A stretch of DNA of 64,000 bases from a virus (lineage: Duplodnaviria; Caudoviricetes): IMG/VR virus record IMGVR_UViG_3300012122_000001, positions 8,726 through 72,725 of that record, one strand, 5' to 3'. A program made the position numbers and the translations under genes. Below the pieces are notes generated by a model that saw only the letters and a program-made list of their open reading frames with translations, ran no database searches and was not told the DNA's origin. Below, in pieces: positions 16,336 through 25,745 of the stretch (its first letter is position 1; every line of letters starts with the position of its first letter).

Positions 16336-17142
16336 GTGGCCGCACCGACCTACCTTGCGAACAACTACAACTTCCTGGAGACGGCCGGGCAGACCGACGT
16401 CGCCAATACGATCACCAGGATCATCGCGCAGGCCCTGGCGATGGGATGGACGAATCCGAGTGGCAACATCGTCAAGTCGCCGCCGAACGCCGTCGGCCAG
16501 TTCATCCAACTGACCTTTGCCCGAATCGGCGCGACGAACCTCGAGATGGTGCTCCTCGACTCGCTCTCCCGCACGTTCACCAGGAGAGCGCAGCCCGCCG
16601 CAACCTTTGTCGAGCGGCTCTATGTGAACACCCAGGGGATGATGATCGACTTCGACAACGGAGAGGGCCTCTGGGCCTCGATCCTCGATCTCTCCCCGGA
16701 GCTCCAGGACGCGCACGACCAGTTTGCCATCGGCAACGGCGCCAGGACGGTGGCCAACACGCTCGACTCCTTCTATCAGGTGGCCGGATCGGAGCAGCTT
16801 TCCTCGGCCACCCCGCGCGTCTACACAATCATCCAGTTCGCGGGGCTGTTCGTCCCCCGTGGCGATCTCCTGTCGGCGGCCAGCCCCCAGGGGATCCAGA
16901 GCCTCAGTCAGCCTGGGTCGCGACTCTGGTATCCGTGGATCTTCTGCGGCCCGGTGGTCGGCACCACCAACCGAATCCGCGGTCGCGTGTTCCAGGCTCT
17001 GATCACGGACCCCACCCTTCCGGCGCAGACCGAGGTGGTTGTGCCGATCGACGGAGCGAACACCGCGACATTCAAGGTGACGGCCATGCCGACCGGCCTT
17101 GCCGGAACCTTCAACGGCAAAGTCGCCTGGAGAAAGGCATAA
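16336..17142 (+). CDS. virion structural protein, distant paralog of the next two
   Basis: Similar start (MAAPTY), length and C-terminal EVVVP.D/K.A ending. Confidence 0.6.
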   Translation: MAAPTYLANNYNFLETAGQTDVANTITRIIAQALAMGWTNPSGNIVKSPPNAVGQFIQLTFARIGATNLEMVLLDSLSRTFTRRAQPAATFVERLYVNTQGMMIDFDNGEGLWASILDLSPELQDAHDQFAIGNGARTVANTLDSFYQVAGSEQLSSATPRVYTIIQFAGLFVPRGDLLSAASPQGIQSLSQPGSRLWYPWIFCGPVVGTTNRIRGRVFQALITDPTLPAQTEVVVPIDGANTATFKVTAMPTGLAGTFNGKVAWRKA

Positions 17143-17146
17143 GAAG

Positions 17147-17974
17147 ATGGCCGCCCCGAGCTACTGGAACACCGTATTCAGAAAGAGCGTCTCAGCGGCG
17201 TTCACGGACGTCGCGGACTGGCTGACCGCCATCCGGACGATGCTCACCTCGACTCTTCCGGTCGGTTCGCGCTGGACGGAAGGGGCAACGAACGTCTACA
17301 CCTCACCGGCAGACCCGGTGTCGGGATACACCATCGTGCTCACCCTGGCCCGCACTTCGGCCGTGCGTATGTTCATGAGCTGCACTCAGACCGTCAACGG
17401 CGTCGGTTACGGAGTCCTCCAGGGGGAATGCGACATCTCCGGCAGCGTTCAGGCAAATATATTTGCTGGTCCAACGCATTTCTGGACCGAGATTCCCGGC
17501 GGAGACTTTGGTGGCTGTGTGGGAGTAGATACGACGCCGGAGCCCCCTGGTCAGATTACGAGCTACGTCTTTTCGAAGATGTCTCGCAACATCGTTCAGG
17601 CCGCATTCAACCTTCAGGCAGACATGTGGCACGCCCAGGACGCGAACGTGGATGCCGGAGCACCCGTGCGTGCCAGATGTCAAGGCCCGTATTTCGTTGC
17701 CAACGCCACAGGCTATGAGTTCAAGACTGCCGCCGGGAGCTTCATCTACTTCCCTGCGGTCGGCGTTACCTATCCCACGCAAGGTCTCAATACGAACCAG
17801 AAGTTCTGCGGAATCTTCCCACAGTTCGTCTGGGTCGATCCGTCGTGGATCGGTGGGAACCTCGTTCCTGTTCCCGTCGACTTCGGCGTGATCGGCGTCT
17901 TCCAAGTGGTGAGCTCGCTCATGACCGCCGCCAACAACACCAACGGTGCGAAGCTTGCTATAAGGGTGGCGTAG
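17147..17974 (+). CDS. virion structural protein, paralog 1
   Basis: Start reassigned to ATG 17147 by alignment; extensive identity with 17979. Confidence 0.7.
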   Translation: MAAPSYWNTVFRKSVSAAFTDVADWLTAIRTMLTSTLPVGSRWTEGATNVYTSPADPVSGYTIVLTLARTSAVRMFMSCTQTVNGVGYGVLQGECDISGSVQANIFAGPTHFWTEIPGGDFGGCVGVDTTPEPPGQITSYVFSKMSRNIVQAAFNLQADMWHAQDANVDAGAPVRARCQGPYFVANATGYEFKTAAGSFIYFPAVGVTYPTQGLNTNQKFCGIFPQFVWVDPSWIGGNLVPVPVDFGVIGVFQVVSSLMTAANNTNGAKLAIRVA

Positions 17975-17978
17975 CGAT

Positions 17979-18836
17979 ATGACCGTCCCCGCCTACTGGA
18001 GCACCGAATTCCGGAAGTCCATAACGGCACCGTTCACGGATGTCGCGAGCTGGCTGACTGCGATTCGGACGATGCTGACCGTGACGCTGCCGGTCGGTTC
18101 GCGCTGGACGGAGAGTAATCCAGGCGTCTCGAACAGCTACACGTCTCCGGCAGATCCGGTAAACGGGAACGTGATCGGGATGAATTTCACCCGTACTTCA
18201 GCCGTGCGCCTGTATATGCTTTCCTTCTACCAAGTCCCGCCAGCCGCCGGTGCCGGTATCCTCCAGGGAGAGTGTGACATCTCCGGCACCGTCCAGGCGA
18301 ACATCTTTGCGGGCCCGTTTCACTTCTGGACAGAAGTCGTAAACGGCGGCCTCCCCAACGGCGACTTCATGGGTGTCGTTGGGGTTGCTACGGTGCCGGA
18401 ACCGGAAAATCAAATCACGAACTTCGGATTCGGAAAGCACTCCCGCAACGTCGCCCAGAACCCCTTCAATCTTCAGGCCGACATGTGGATGACCCTCGAC
18501 GCAAACGTAGACGGCGGATTCCCGGTTCGCGCGCGCTGTCAGGGGCCATACTTCGTCGCTAACGCTGCGGGCTACGATTTATTTACAGCCGCAGGAAGCC
18601 CCGTATACTATCCTGCTGTCGGAGTCACCTATCCGACGCTTGGATCAAACGCGAACACACGGTTCTGCGGAACTTTCCCGCAGTTTGTCTGGGTCGACAA
18701 ATCGTGGCTGGCGGGTCAGTTTGTTCCGGTTCCCATCGACGTCGGAGTGACCGGCATCTTCCAGGTCGTGAGTTCGCTCATGACCCCGAGCAACGGCGGT
18801 TCCAACGGCGCGAAGCTCGCGATAAGGGTGGCGTAG
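17979..18836 (+). CDS. virion structural protein, paralog 2
   Basis: Shares LPVGSRWTE, LQGECDISG, FNLQADMW, VRARCQGPYFVANA and NGAKLAIRVA with 17147. Confidence 0.75.
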   Translation: MTVPAYWSTEFRKSITAPFTDVASWLTAIRTMLTVTLPVGSRWTESNPGVSNSYTSPADPVNGNVIGMNFTRTSAVRLYMLSFYQVPPAAGAGILQGECDISGTVQANIFAGPFHFWTEVVNGGLPNGDFMGVVGVATVPEPENQITNFGFGKHSRNVAQNPFNLQADMWMTLDANVDGGFPVRARCQGPYFVANAAGYDLFTAAGSPVYYPAVGVTYPTLGSNANTRFCGTFPQFVWVDKSWLAGQFVPVPIDVGVTGIFQVVSSLMTPSNGGSNGAKLAIRVA

Positions 18837-20900
18837 ATGGGACTCTTCGCTGGTCCTGGTCCGATCCAGGTAAAGTCCTTCATAACCAATCCCCCGACCT
18901 ACGGTATCGCGCAGATCGGCGTTGCCAAAAACTTTGCCGGATTTATTGCCGTCAACAGTCACTCGAGCTACTTGGTCGATCCCGACAGTCAGGCAACCTA
19001 CGGGTTCGAGCCCATGACCACCGGCTCGATGGTCATCACGTTCTTCCGGATGTACGGGTCCGCGGGGCAGATCACGCTGACGTACTCGACGTCGCCCGGA
19101 CCCGCGACGCCTCTGGGCGCGAATCCGGGCGTCGACTATACCGCCGTCTCCGGAACGCTGGTCTGGACCGATGGGGACATCGCTCCGAAGACCGTATCGA
19201 TTCCCCTGCTTCCGACTGCCTACACCATCGGGTTCCCGAACAACTTCTTCTACTTCAACATCGACAGCGTCGTGGTCGCCGCTCCGAACCCGACCGTCTA
19301 CGTCTACATGGGCGGAAACGACTTCAACGGCGGGAATCTGGAACCGTTCCCGAGCGGACTCTACGCCACGAGTTACACGTTCCCGGCCCTCATCATCAAG
19401 CGGACGGTCGGGAGCGCCTACTTCGTTGGATCTCCGTATTCCGTCCAGCGTCCAGGCGGGACGACGACCGTGACGCTCCAGGTCGTTCGGGCCGACAACG
19501 CCGGAGGGTTCAAGGGGGCGGTTCAGGTCAGCTACCACACCACGGACGGGACCGCCATCGCCGGTGTCGCCTATACCACAAAGACAGGGACGATCTCCTG
19601 GGCCGACGGCGTCGGTGGCGCACAACCGATCACGATCACGATCCTGAACGGCGGAGCCGGAACGCAGAGCTTCACCGTCACGATCGACAACCCCACGAAC
19701 GGCCTCACGATCATCGTCACCCCGACGGCCACCGTGAACATCACGGCCGGTGCGCCTCCGGCGAACCCGACCTCGTCCGGAGCTATCCCCAATCAGGTGG
19801 TGGATCTCGAGACGTTTGCCGACCCAAATGGACACACGCAGACCGTCCCTAACCCAATCCTCGTCCAAGACTCCTTGAGCTACTACAACCGCAACTTCCT
19901 GATCAACTCCTACGCGACGACCGGGATCCGACCGGACCTCAACGCCGTCTTCTTCATCAGCACGACGGTCGGATGGTTCGTCGGGGATGGCGGCATGATC
20001 TTCAAGACCACCGATGCCGGTGTCACCTGGGTGCAGCAGACGAGCACGGTAGTCGTGGAGCTCGAGGACGTCTTCTTCGCCGATGCGAACAACGGATGGG
20101 CGGTCGGCGCCGACGGGACGATCCTCGTCACGACGAACGGCGGAACGGTCTGGACGGCTCAGACGAGCGGCGTCGCCACGAGGCTGAACGCCGTCGGCTT
20201 CATCAGCAGTACGAACGGCTGGGCCGTCGGGGACGGCGGCGTGATCCGCGTCACCACGAACGGCGGCGGAACGTGGTCCCTCCAGGCAAGCGGCGTCGTC
20301 ACGGACCTGAACGACGTCTACTTCGTGGATGGCACCCACGGCTGGGCCGTCGGGGACGGCGGCGTGATCCTCTTCTACAACGGCACGACCTGGGCGGCTC
20401 AGACGAGCGGAACGCTGGTCAACCTGAACGGCGTGACCTTTACGAGTGCGACCAGCGGATGGGCCGTCGGAGACGACGGGGTCATCCTCTTCTGGAACGG
20501 CACGATTTGGGCGGCCCAGGTGAGCGGAGTCTCGACACAGATCGATCTCCGTGAGGTCGATTTTGCCAGCGCGACCGTCGGATGGGCCGTTGGGACGAAC
20601 GGCACGATTCTCGCTACCACGAACGGCGGGTCCACCTGGACTCCGCAGACCAGCGGAACGACGAACGACCTCAACGGTCTCGCCGCGGCCAGCACCTCGA
20701 TCGCCTGGGCGGTCGGTGACAACGGCACCATCCTCACAACGGCGAATGGCGGGACGACCTGGACTCCACAGGCAGCGCCGCTCCCCATTGGATCGAGCGG
20801 CGGAAACGGTGGAAGCTTCGGCGGCGGCGACGACTTCGCCAACTACGACCAGGGATTCTCGCAGAGCGGATTCCTGAAGTTCCAGGGAGCTATTTACTAA
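18837..20900 (+). CDS. adhesin: two Calx-beta-like domains plus a 7-bladed YCF48/BNR-type beta-propeller
   Basis: DYTAVSGTLVWTDGD and AYTTKTGTISWADG Calx-beta patterns; seven L..V.F.....GWAVG..G.I....NGG.TW..Q repeats (~19935-20775). Confidence 0.8.
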   Translation: MGLFAGPGPIQVKSFITNPPTYGIAQIGVAKNFAGFIAVNSHSSYLVDPDSQATYGFEPMTTGSMVITFFRMYGSAGQITLTYSTSPGPATPLGANPGVDYTAVSGTLVWTDGDIAPKTVSIPLLPTAYTIGFPNNFFYFNIDSVVVAAPNPTVYVYMGGNDFNGGNLEPFPSGLYATSYTFPALIIKRTVGSAYFVGSPYSVQRPGGTTTVTLQVVRADNAGGFKGAVQVSYHTTDGTAIAGVAYTTKTGTISWADGVGGAQPITITILNGGAGTQSFTVTIDNPTNGLTIIVTPTATVNITAGAPPANPTSSGAIPNQVVDLETFADPNGHTQTVPNPILVQDSLSYYNRNFLINSYATTGIRPDLNAVFFISTTVGWFVGDGGMIFKTTDAGVTWVQQTSTVVVELEDVFFADANNGWAVGADGTILVTTNGGTVWTAQTSGVATRLNAVGFISSTNGWAVGDGGVIRVTTNGGGTWSLQASGVVTDLNDVYFVDGTHGWAVGDGGVILFYNGTTWAAQTSGTLVNLNGVTFTSATSGWAVGDDGVILFWNGTIWAAQVSGVSTQIDLREVDFASATVGWAVGTNGTILATTNGGSTWTPQTSGTTNDLNGLAAASTSIAWAVGDNGTILTTANGGTTWTPQAAPLPIGSSGGNGGSFGGGDDFANYDQGFSQSGFLKFQGAIY

Positions 20901-20971
20901 AGATTGAACGATTCAGACGTGCATTACGGTAAAATTAGCTATGCGACCGGGGACAGGAAAGGATTGGTAGG

Positions 20972-21250
20972 GTGATGCTGCTTTCTCTGTCCTTCGTGAT
21001 GGATGCGGTGACGGTGGATCCTCCGACCGGCGGAATCAGTGCGCTGGCGTGGATCATCATCGTCACTCTGGCTGGGGTATGTGGTGTGGCGATCCCCGCT
21101 CTCTGGTATCGCGGGAACAAGATCCAGGACCGGATGTACGCGGACCTGAAGACCTGCAACGAGAGACGGGTTCAGTCCGAGGAAGAGCAGCTCGACCTGC
21201 TCAAGCTCGTTCGGCTCCAGATGGAGCAGTCGAAGGGAGGCAAGCGGTGA
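20972..21250 (+). CDS. small membrane protein (holin-like)
   Basis: TM helix ALAWIIIVTLAGVCGVAIPALWY followed by a coiled coil; true start uncertain. Confidence 0.55.
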   Translation: MMLLSLSFVMDAVTVDPPTGGISALAWIIIVTLAGVCGVAIPALWYRGNKIQDRMYADLKTCNERRVQSEEEQLDLLKLVRLQMEQSKGGKR

Positions 21251-21477
21251 GCTCGAGATCAAAGAGCACGGTCAAGATGTTGTGCGTCGCGTCGAACGCG
21301 ATCATGCGGAAGGAGCTTCCTGAGGAGGCCCAGAGGCTTCTCGAGGTCTACAACGATCCGGCCGTCGCCCCGGAGCAGAAGGCGATCGCCAAGTCGCAGT
21401 TGGACGACATGATCAAGGATCTCGAGTCCAGGGTCACGACCAGGAGACTGAACGAAGCTCGCGAGAAATCCATATAA
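21247..21477 (+). CDS. hypothetical protein
   Basis: GTGA-coupled start with GGAGG SD. Confidence 0.65.
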   Translation: MSSRSKSTVKMLCVASNAIMRKELPEEAQRLLEVYNDPAVAPEQKAIAKSQLDDMIKDLESRVTTRRLNEAREKSI

Positions 21478-21525
21478 GGAGCGTTGTAACCGCCCGTCCT
21501 TAACCGGGCGGTTGTAACTCGGTGA

Positions 21526-21798
21526 ATGGTGAGTACCTATTCGAAAGCCAGGGGGCGGGCGGGAAAATTGGCGTTGGTCGCAGCCCTGGTGGTCTCCACC
21601 ATGGGCTGCGCCATCGCGGATCGGTCGGATAAGTTCGGTGCAGAATTAGACCTGGGGCTCGGCGGGATCCTCAGCTCGATGATCGATGTCCGCCTGTATG
21701 CGTCGGTGGGATTCTCGAAGACCTGTAAGGATGGGGTGAACGGTGAGAAAGAAGCTGATCTGGATGGCGATCCTCTTGGCCTTCGGGGGTTTCTTTAG
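21526..21798 (+). CDS. putative lipoprotein
   Basis: Basic N-terminus, hydrophobic core, lipobox-like TMGC. Confidence 0.55.
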   Translation: MVSTYSKARGRAGKLALVAALVVSTMGCAIADRSDKFGAELDLGLGGILSSMIDVRLYASVGFSKTCKDGVNGEKEADLDGDPLGLRGFL

Positions 21799-22312
21799 CG
21801 GCTGCACCGTAGCGCAGCGAAAAGAGATTCTGGAAGAAGCGAAGCTCTACGCCTTCGAGCAGGGGAAGATCCTTCTCGAGCAGGCGAAGGAGCAGGGTAA
21901 GGTGATCGCCATCCAGGCGGTCGAGAAGATCCAGAAGAAGGCCGACGAGGAGGAGGCGAAGCAGTTCGCTGCTCTAGATCAGCAGCTCACGGCCTTCAAG
22001 GTTGTCGACCAGGAGACCCAGATCGAAATCTCGAAGACCTGGAGAGACTTCGACGCCGATAAGAGCGGACACCTGGAGCCGATCGAGCTCGGCAAGGTTA
22101 CCGCCTACATCACCACTCAGACCGCGAAGAAGATCGCGACCGGCGAGATCGACAAGAATACGGCCGGACAGACCGGGAAGAGTACAGGCGCGACGATCTC
22201 GGTGCTCCTGGCCCTCTACCTCGCGCGCCGCGGCGCGGGAGCTCTGACGTCGAAATTCAAGCCTGCGGTGACCCCTACAACTCCTAGAGCCGGAGGGGCG
22301 CCGCCTTCATAA
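21743..22312 (+). CDS. putative lipoprotein with coiled coil
   Basis: MRKK-hydrophobic-FSGC lipobox; second hydrophobic stretch near the C-terminus. Confidence 0.65.
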   Translation: MRKKLIWMAILLAFGGFFSGCTVAQRKEILEEAKLYAFEQGKILLEQAKEQGKVIAIQAVEKIQKKADEEEAKQFAALDQQLTAFKVVDQETQIEISKTWRDFDADKSGHLEPIELGKVTAYITTQTAKKIATGEIDKNTAGQTGKSTGATISVLLALYLARRGAGALTSKFKPAVTPTTPRAGGAPPS

Positions 22313-22313
22313 G

Positions 22314-22607
22314 ATGGACGAGATCCTTGGAGCTCTTGACCCTTCAACGCTTGGCATGGGCGTCGACGCTTCGGCTGTTGTCGCAGTGTCGGAAGCGACG
22401 AATTTGATCAAAGGAGACATGCGGAAGTGGGGTCTCGATGCCGTCGTGGGGAGGTTCTATCCGGCAATCCCGTTTTTGATTGCTTTTGGCCTGGGTCTGT
22501 TGTACGGGAATGCACTCTGGTCCGACGCTTTATGGTATTCTGGGAAGATAGGGCTGCTATCCAGCTTTGCTTGGCAAGGCTATAGGGTATCGGTGAAGGG
22601 CAAATGA
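22314..22607 (+). CDS. holin-like membrane protein
   Basis: 97 aa with 2-3 hydrophobic helices and a basic C-terminus. Confidence 0.55.
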   Translation: MDEILGALDPSTLGMGVDASAVVAVSEATNLIKGDMRKWGLDAVVGRFYPAIPFLIAFGLGLLYGNALWSDALWYSGKIGLLSSFAWQGYRVSVKGK

Positions 22608-23947
22608 GAATTTATGTGCCGATGGAATCGGGGCTGAACCCCCGAGAGATCGCCGCCATGCGGCGCCTCTCGAGGAGTTCGCTCGCGATCATTGCCGACG
22701 AGCTTCACGAGCCGACCTCCAGGAGCACCGTGAAGAGGGTTCTCTCCTCCCGCGATCCGGAGCGGGAAGTGATCAGGCAGGTCGCCGAAGAGGTCCAGCG
22801 CGCCGTCTGGGCCATCAGCACCGTCCGTCACGCCGGACTCGGGGACCACGAGTACGACGACATGGAGCTCATGCCCGACATCGGCTTCGGAAGCTTCTTC
22901 AAGAAGGTCGCCAAGAAGATCAAGGGCGTCGCCAAGAAGGTCGTCGACATCCACAAGAAGGTCTTCGACAAGACCGTCAAGCCCGTCATCAAAGCGACCG
23001 TGAAGGTCGCGAAGAAGTCCGTCGAGATCACCAAGAAGACCGTGAAAAAGGTGATCGAGACGCAGAAGAAGGTCATCAAGAAGATCGGGAAGGCGATCAA
23101 ACCGTACATCCCGATCATCCTAACGGTCGTGGGCGCGGTGCTGGCGCCGTTCACCGGAGGCGCCTCCCTGGCGGTCGCCGCTGCCCTGAACGCGGGCTAC
23201 ATGCTCGCCATGAAGGCGAAGGCAGCGAGAGCCGCGAAGAAGGAAGGCCGCGCAGCAGCCGCCCAGATGCAGGCCGAGGTGAGCGCGCAGACGGCCGACC
23301 TGAACCGCCAGCTCGACCAGCTCTTCACGGAGAACCAGGGGGTCTTTGCCGCCGCAGGTATCTCCCAGGCGGCCTGGAACGCGATGAGCCTCGAGCAGCG
23401 CCTCGCGGTCGTCGAGCGGATCAACTCCGGCAACATGCCGTCGTCGCAGTCGAATGCCGACGCCGCCACGGAGGCCCAGGGGAATCCTCCGACGACCCAG
23501 ACGCAGACGTGGCGGGATGCGATCAATTCCTCGCCGGTCATGCAGCAGTGGCGTGACGAGGCCGGAGACTCCGACACCGCGACCGCCGGAGTCCAGACCC
23601 CGACCGGGACGTACGACGTCTACGTCGAAGGCCGGAAGGTCGGGACCGCCCAGACGCTCGACGAGGCGTCCTCGATCATGGCGAACAACTCGAAGGCCGG
23701 GGACCGGGTCGAGATCGTGCTCAACGGTCGCTCCCTGGGCCTCAAGATCGTGACGGGCGGCGGCGGGGTCATCTCGATCCCCGCCGGTCAGGCCGATGCG
23801 GTCCGCGCGATGTCGAGGTCCGAAGTCGACGCGATGCTCTCCAGGGCTGGTCAGACAACGACCGCTTCGAGCGGATCCTCCGGCGGGCTCGTGCTTGCCC
23901 TCGCCGTCCCGGCGGCGATCCTCTTTGCCATGCATTCGAAGGGTTAG
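22604..23947 (+). CDS. membrane-penetration / DNA-pilot-like virion protein
   Basis: GLGD motif, Lys-rich amphipathic helix GFGSFFKKVAKKIKGVAKKVV..., LAPFTGGASL hydrophobic segment, C-terminal anchor. Confidence 0.65.
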   Translation: MRIYVPMESGLNPREIAAMRRLSRSSLAIIADELHEPTSRSTVKRVLSSRDPEREVIRQVAEEVQRAVWAISTVRHAGLGDHEYDDMELMPDIGFGSFFKKVAKKIKGVAKKVVDIHKKVFDKTVKPVIKATVKVAKKSVEITKKTVKKVIETQKKVIKKIGKAIKPYIPIILTVVGAVLAPFTGGASLAVAAALNAGYMLAMKAKAARAAKKEGRAAAAQMQAEVSAQTADLNRQLDQLFTENQGVFAAAGISQAAWNAMSLEQRLAVVERINSGNMPSSQSNADAATEAQGNPPTTQTQTWRDAINSSPVMQQWRDEAGDSDTATAGVQTPTGTYDVYVEGRKVGTAQTLDEASSIMANNSKAGDRVEIVLNGRSLGLKIVTGGGGVISIPAGQADAVRAMSRSEVDAMLSRAGQTTTASSGSSGGLVLALAVPAAILFAMHSKG

Positions 23948-23950
23948 GCG

Positions 23951-24622
23951 ATGGAAAACAATCTTCCCGCGGCTGCACATGCCTTCGCGACGGCCTTCGT
24001 CGCCGACATGGAGGCCGCCCGGCCGCTCCGTGCCGCGCTCATCCGGAAGCAGATCAACCGGGAAGGCATCACGCGCATCGTCACCAGGGACCTGGATGCA
24101 GCGCGCCTGGGGAGGCGCGGCCCCGCGCTCTTCCCGAACCTCCGCGCCGTCGCGAAGGAGTTCCTGGACCAGGAGAAGCGGCGCGCGCCGTACACCGGGA
24201 TCTCCCAGTTCCACAACCGCGCGGCCGGGTACATGCAGGTCGCTCCGGCGTACGAGCGCGAGGTCTACGGCCTGGGGCAGTGGGACGCGATCATCGGCGC
24301 GATCGGCGCTGCGGCAGGAGCGGCTTCGAGCATCTACGGCGCCAAGATCACCGCCGACGCCCAGAAGCAGCTTCTCAACCTCGAGCAGCAGAAGGTCAAC
24401 GCCCAGATCCAGATCGCCGAGATGCAAGCGAAAGCCGCCCAGGTCCAGCTCGCCGCGGCGAACGCTGCTGCATCCGGGACTCCGGTGAAGATCGGTCCGG
24501 ACGGCCTGCCGGTTCCTTACACCGAGGCTTTCGGTCCAGAGATCGGCGGAGTTCCCGTCATCCCGGCCGTCGCCGCCGCGTTCGCGCTCGCCATCGCCGG
24601 ATACTTCGCCTTCAAGAAATAG
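23951..24622 (+). CDS. virion membrane protein
   Basis: Basic N-half, YGLGQW motif, Ala/Gly-rich helix, C-terminal TM plus KK. Confidence 0.7.
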   Translation: MENNLPAAAHAFATAFVADMEAARPLRAALIRKQINREGITRIVTRDLDAARLGRRGPALFPNLRAVAKEFLDQEKRRAPYTGISQFHNRAAGYMQVAPAYEREVYGLGQWDAIIGAIGAAAGAASSIYGAKITADAQKQLLNLEQQKVNAQIQIAEMQAKAAQVQLAAANAAASGTPVKIGPDGLPVPYTEAFGPEIGGVPVIPAVAAAFALAIAGYFAFKK

Positions 24623-24635
24623 AAAGGGATTTTCC

Positions 24636-25382
24636 ATGCCTGCTTTGAAGATGAACCAGATCGCAGGTCGGATGAAGGTCATCCGCGCGCCCCAGGTGAT
24701 GTATGTCCAGGAGGCGACGTTCATCCCGTCCGGAATGCATGGGATCTCCAGTTCCGCCAGGGAGGCCGTCGTCTCGTCGCTCTCGAAGGAGATGGCCGCG
24801 CGCGGAATTCCGCCGGGCCGGGCCCGCCACGTCGTCAAGATGGCCTCGATGCGGATCCACTCGCGCTGGAACCGCGGGCGCCACCTCGGCTGGGGCAAAG
24901 GCCTGGGCGACGACGAAACGTACGGCCCTCCGCTGCCGAACGACATGGTCGCGGCGAACAAGCTCGCCCTGGTCCAGACCAAGGGCACCGAGTACCAGAG
25001 GCAGCACGCGGCCTTCATCAATCAGCTCCCGTCCTCGGGGGCGAGCGACAGCGACAAGCTCAAGGTCCGCAACGGCATCGAGAACCTCTACAACGAGTGG
25101 ACCGCGTTCGCCGTCGACCTGAAGGGCGGCCTGCCGCCGTTCGAGTGGAACCGGACGGATCCCGTCGACGCGATCCTGATCGCCGTCCGGGACGATCTCC
25201 GCGACACAGTGAACCTGATCGACGCGAACAAAGCCCAGGCCGTTCTCGCCAAGCAGATCAAGGAGCTCGTGAAGCCGGGCTCGCTGCCCGGACTGCCGAA
25301 CCTCCCGAAGATGGACCTTCCCTGGTACGTCTGGGTCGGGGGAGCCATCGCCGCGGCTGTCGCGGCAAAGTACGCGCTCTAA
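24636..25382 (+). CDS. virion membrane protein
   Basis: Basic N-third, KGLGDD motif, C-terminal TM WYVWVGGAIAAAVAAK. Confidence 0.7.
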   Translation: MPALKMNQIAGRMKVIRAPQVMYVQEATFIPSGMHGISSSAREAVVSSLSKEMAARGIPPGRARHVVKMASMRIHSRWNRGRHLGWGKGLGDDETYGPPLPNDMVAANKLALVQTKGTEYQRQHAAFINQLPSSGASDSDKLKVRNGIENLYNEWTAFAVDLKGGLPPFEWNRTDPVDAILIAVRDDLRDTVNLIDANKAQAVLAKQIKELVKPGSLPGLPNLPKMDLPWYVWVGGAIAAAVAAKYAL

Positions 25383-25399
25383 AATAGGAAGGGGTCTTT

Positions 25400-25648
25400 A
25401 TGAATCCGCTGTTTCTCCTCGGCGCCGCGGCGGTCGCCACCGCCGTCATGAAGGGTAAGAAGAACGGCCCGCCGGAAGTCCCGCCGGAGCTCGTCGGCGC
25501 CGCCGCGGGAATCGCCCGGAGCCAGATCGCCCAGGGCGCCACTCCGGAGGAGGCCGCCGCGTACGCCGCGGACAAGATCGCCGAGACCGGAGGAGGCTTC
25601 TGGAAGGAAGGAAGCCGGAAGTCCGGCGGCTCCATGGTGAGGTTCTAG
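25400..25648 (+). CDS. small membrane protein
   Basis: N-terminal hydrophobic helix; AGGAAGG SD. Confidence 0.7.
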   Translation: MNPLFLLGAAAVATAVMKGKKNGPPEVPPELVGAAAGIARSQIAQGATPEEAAAYAADKIAETGGGFWKEGSRKSGGSMVRF

Positions 25649-25663
25649 CTCTCTTTGTAGTGC

Positions 25664-25692
25664 ATGACAATTTGACCTCCGGTCAGTAGAAT
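25664..25692 (+). promoter_or_regulatory. sigma70-like promoter
   Basis: ATGACA-N17-TAGAAT upstream of the GT4 gene. Confidence 0.55.
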
Positions 25693-25745
25693 CATGCAGG
25701 CGCCCGGTAGAGTGCCGGGCGAAGGAAGAAGAAGGAGAGAGCGGT

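Noticed and set aside
17147-18836. Paralog pair as a DGR template/variable repeat
   Set aside because: Both are full-length genes with differences at all base types and indels; no reverse transcriptase in the window.
19935-20775. Periodic DNA repeats that might be a CRISPR array
   Set aside because: They are degenerate in-frame beta-propeller repeats with no constant repeat/unique spacer structure and no cas genes.
20904-20935. Promoter for the lysis-like cassette (TTGAAC...TAAAAT)
   Set aside because: The spacer is 20 nt and there is no extended -10; AT-rich but unsupported.
21483-21518. Hairpin AACCGCCCG/CGGGCGGTT flanked by GTTGTAAC repeats as a terminator
   Set aside because: The stem is real but there is no U-tract on either strand; function cannot be assigned.
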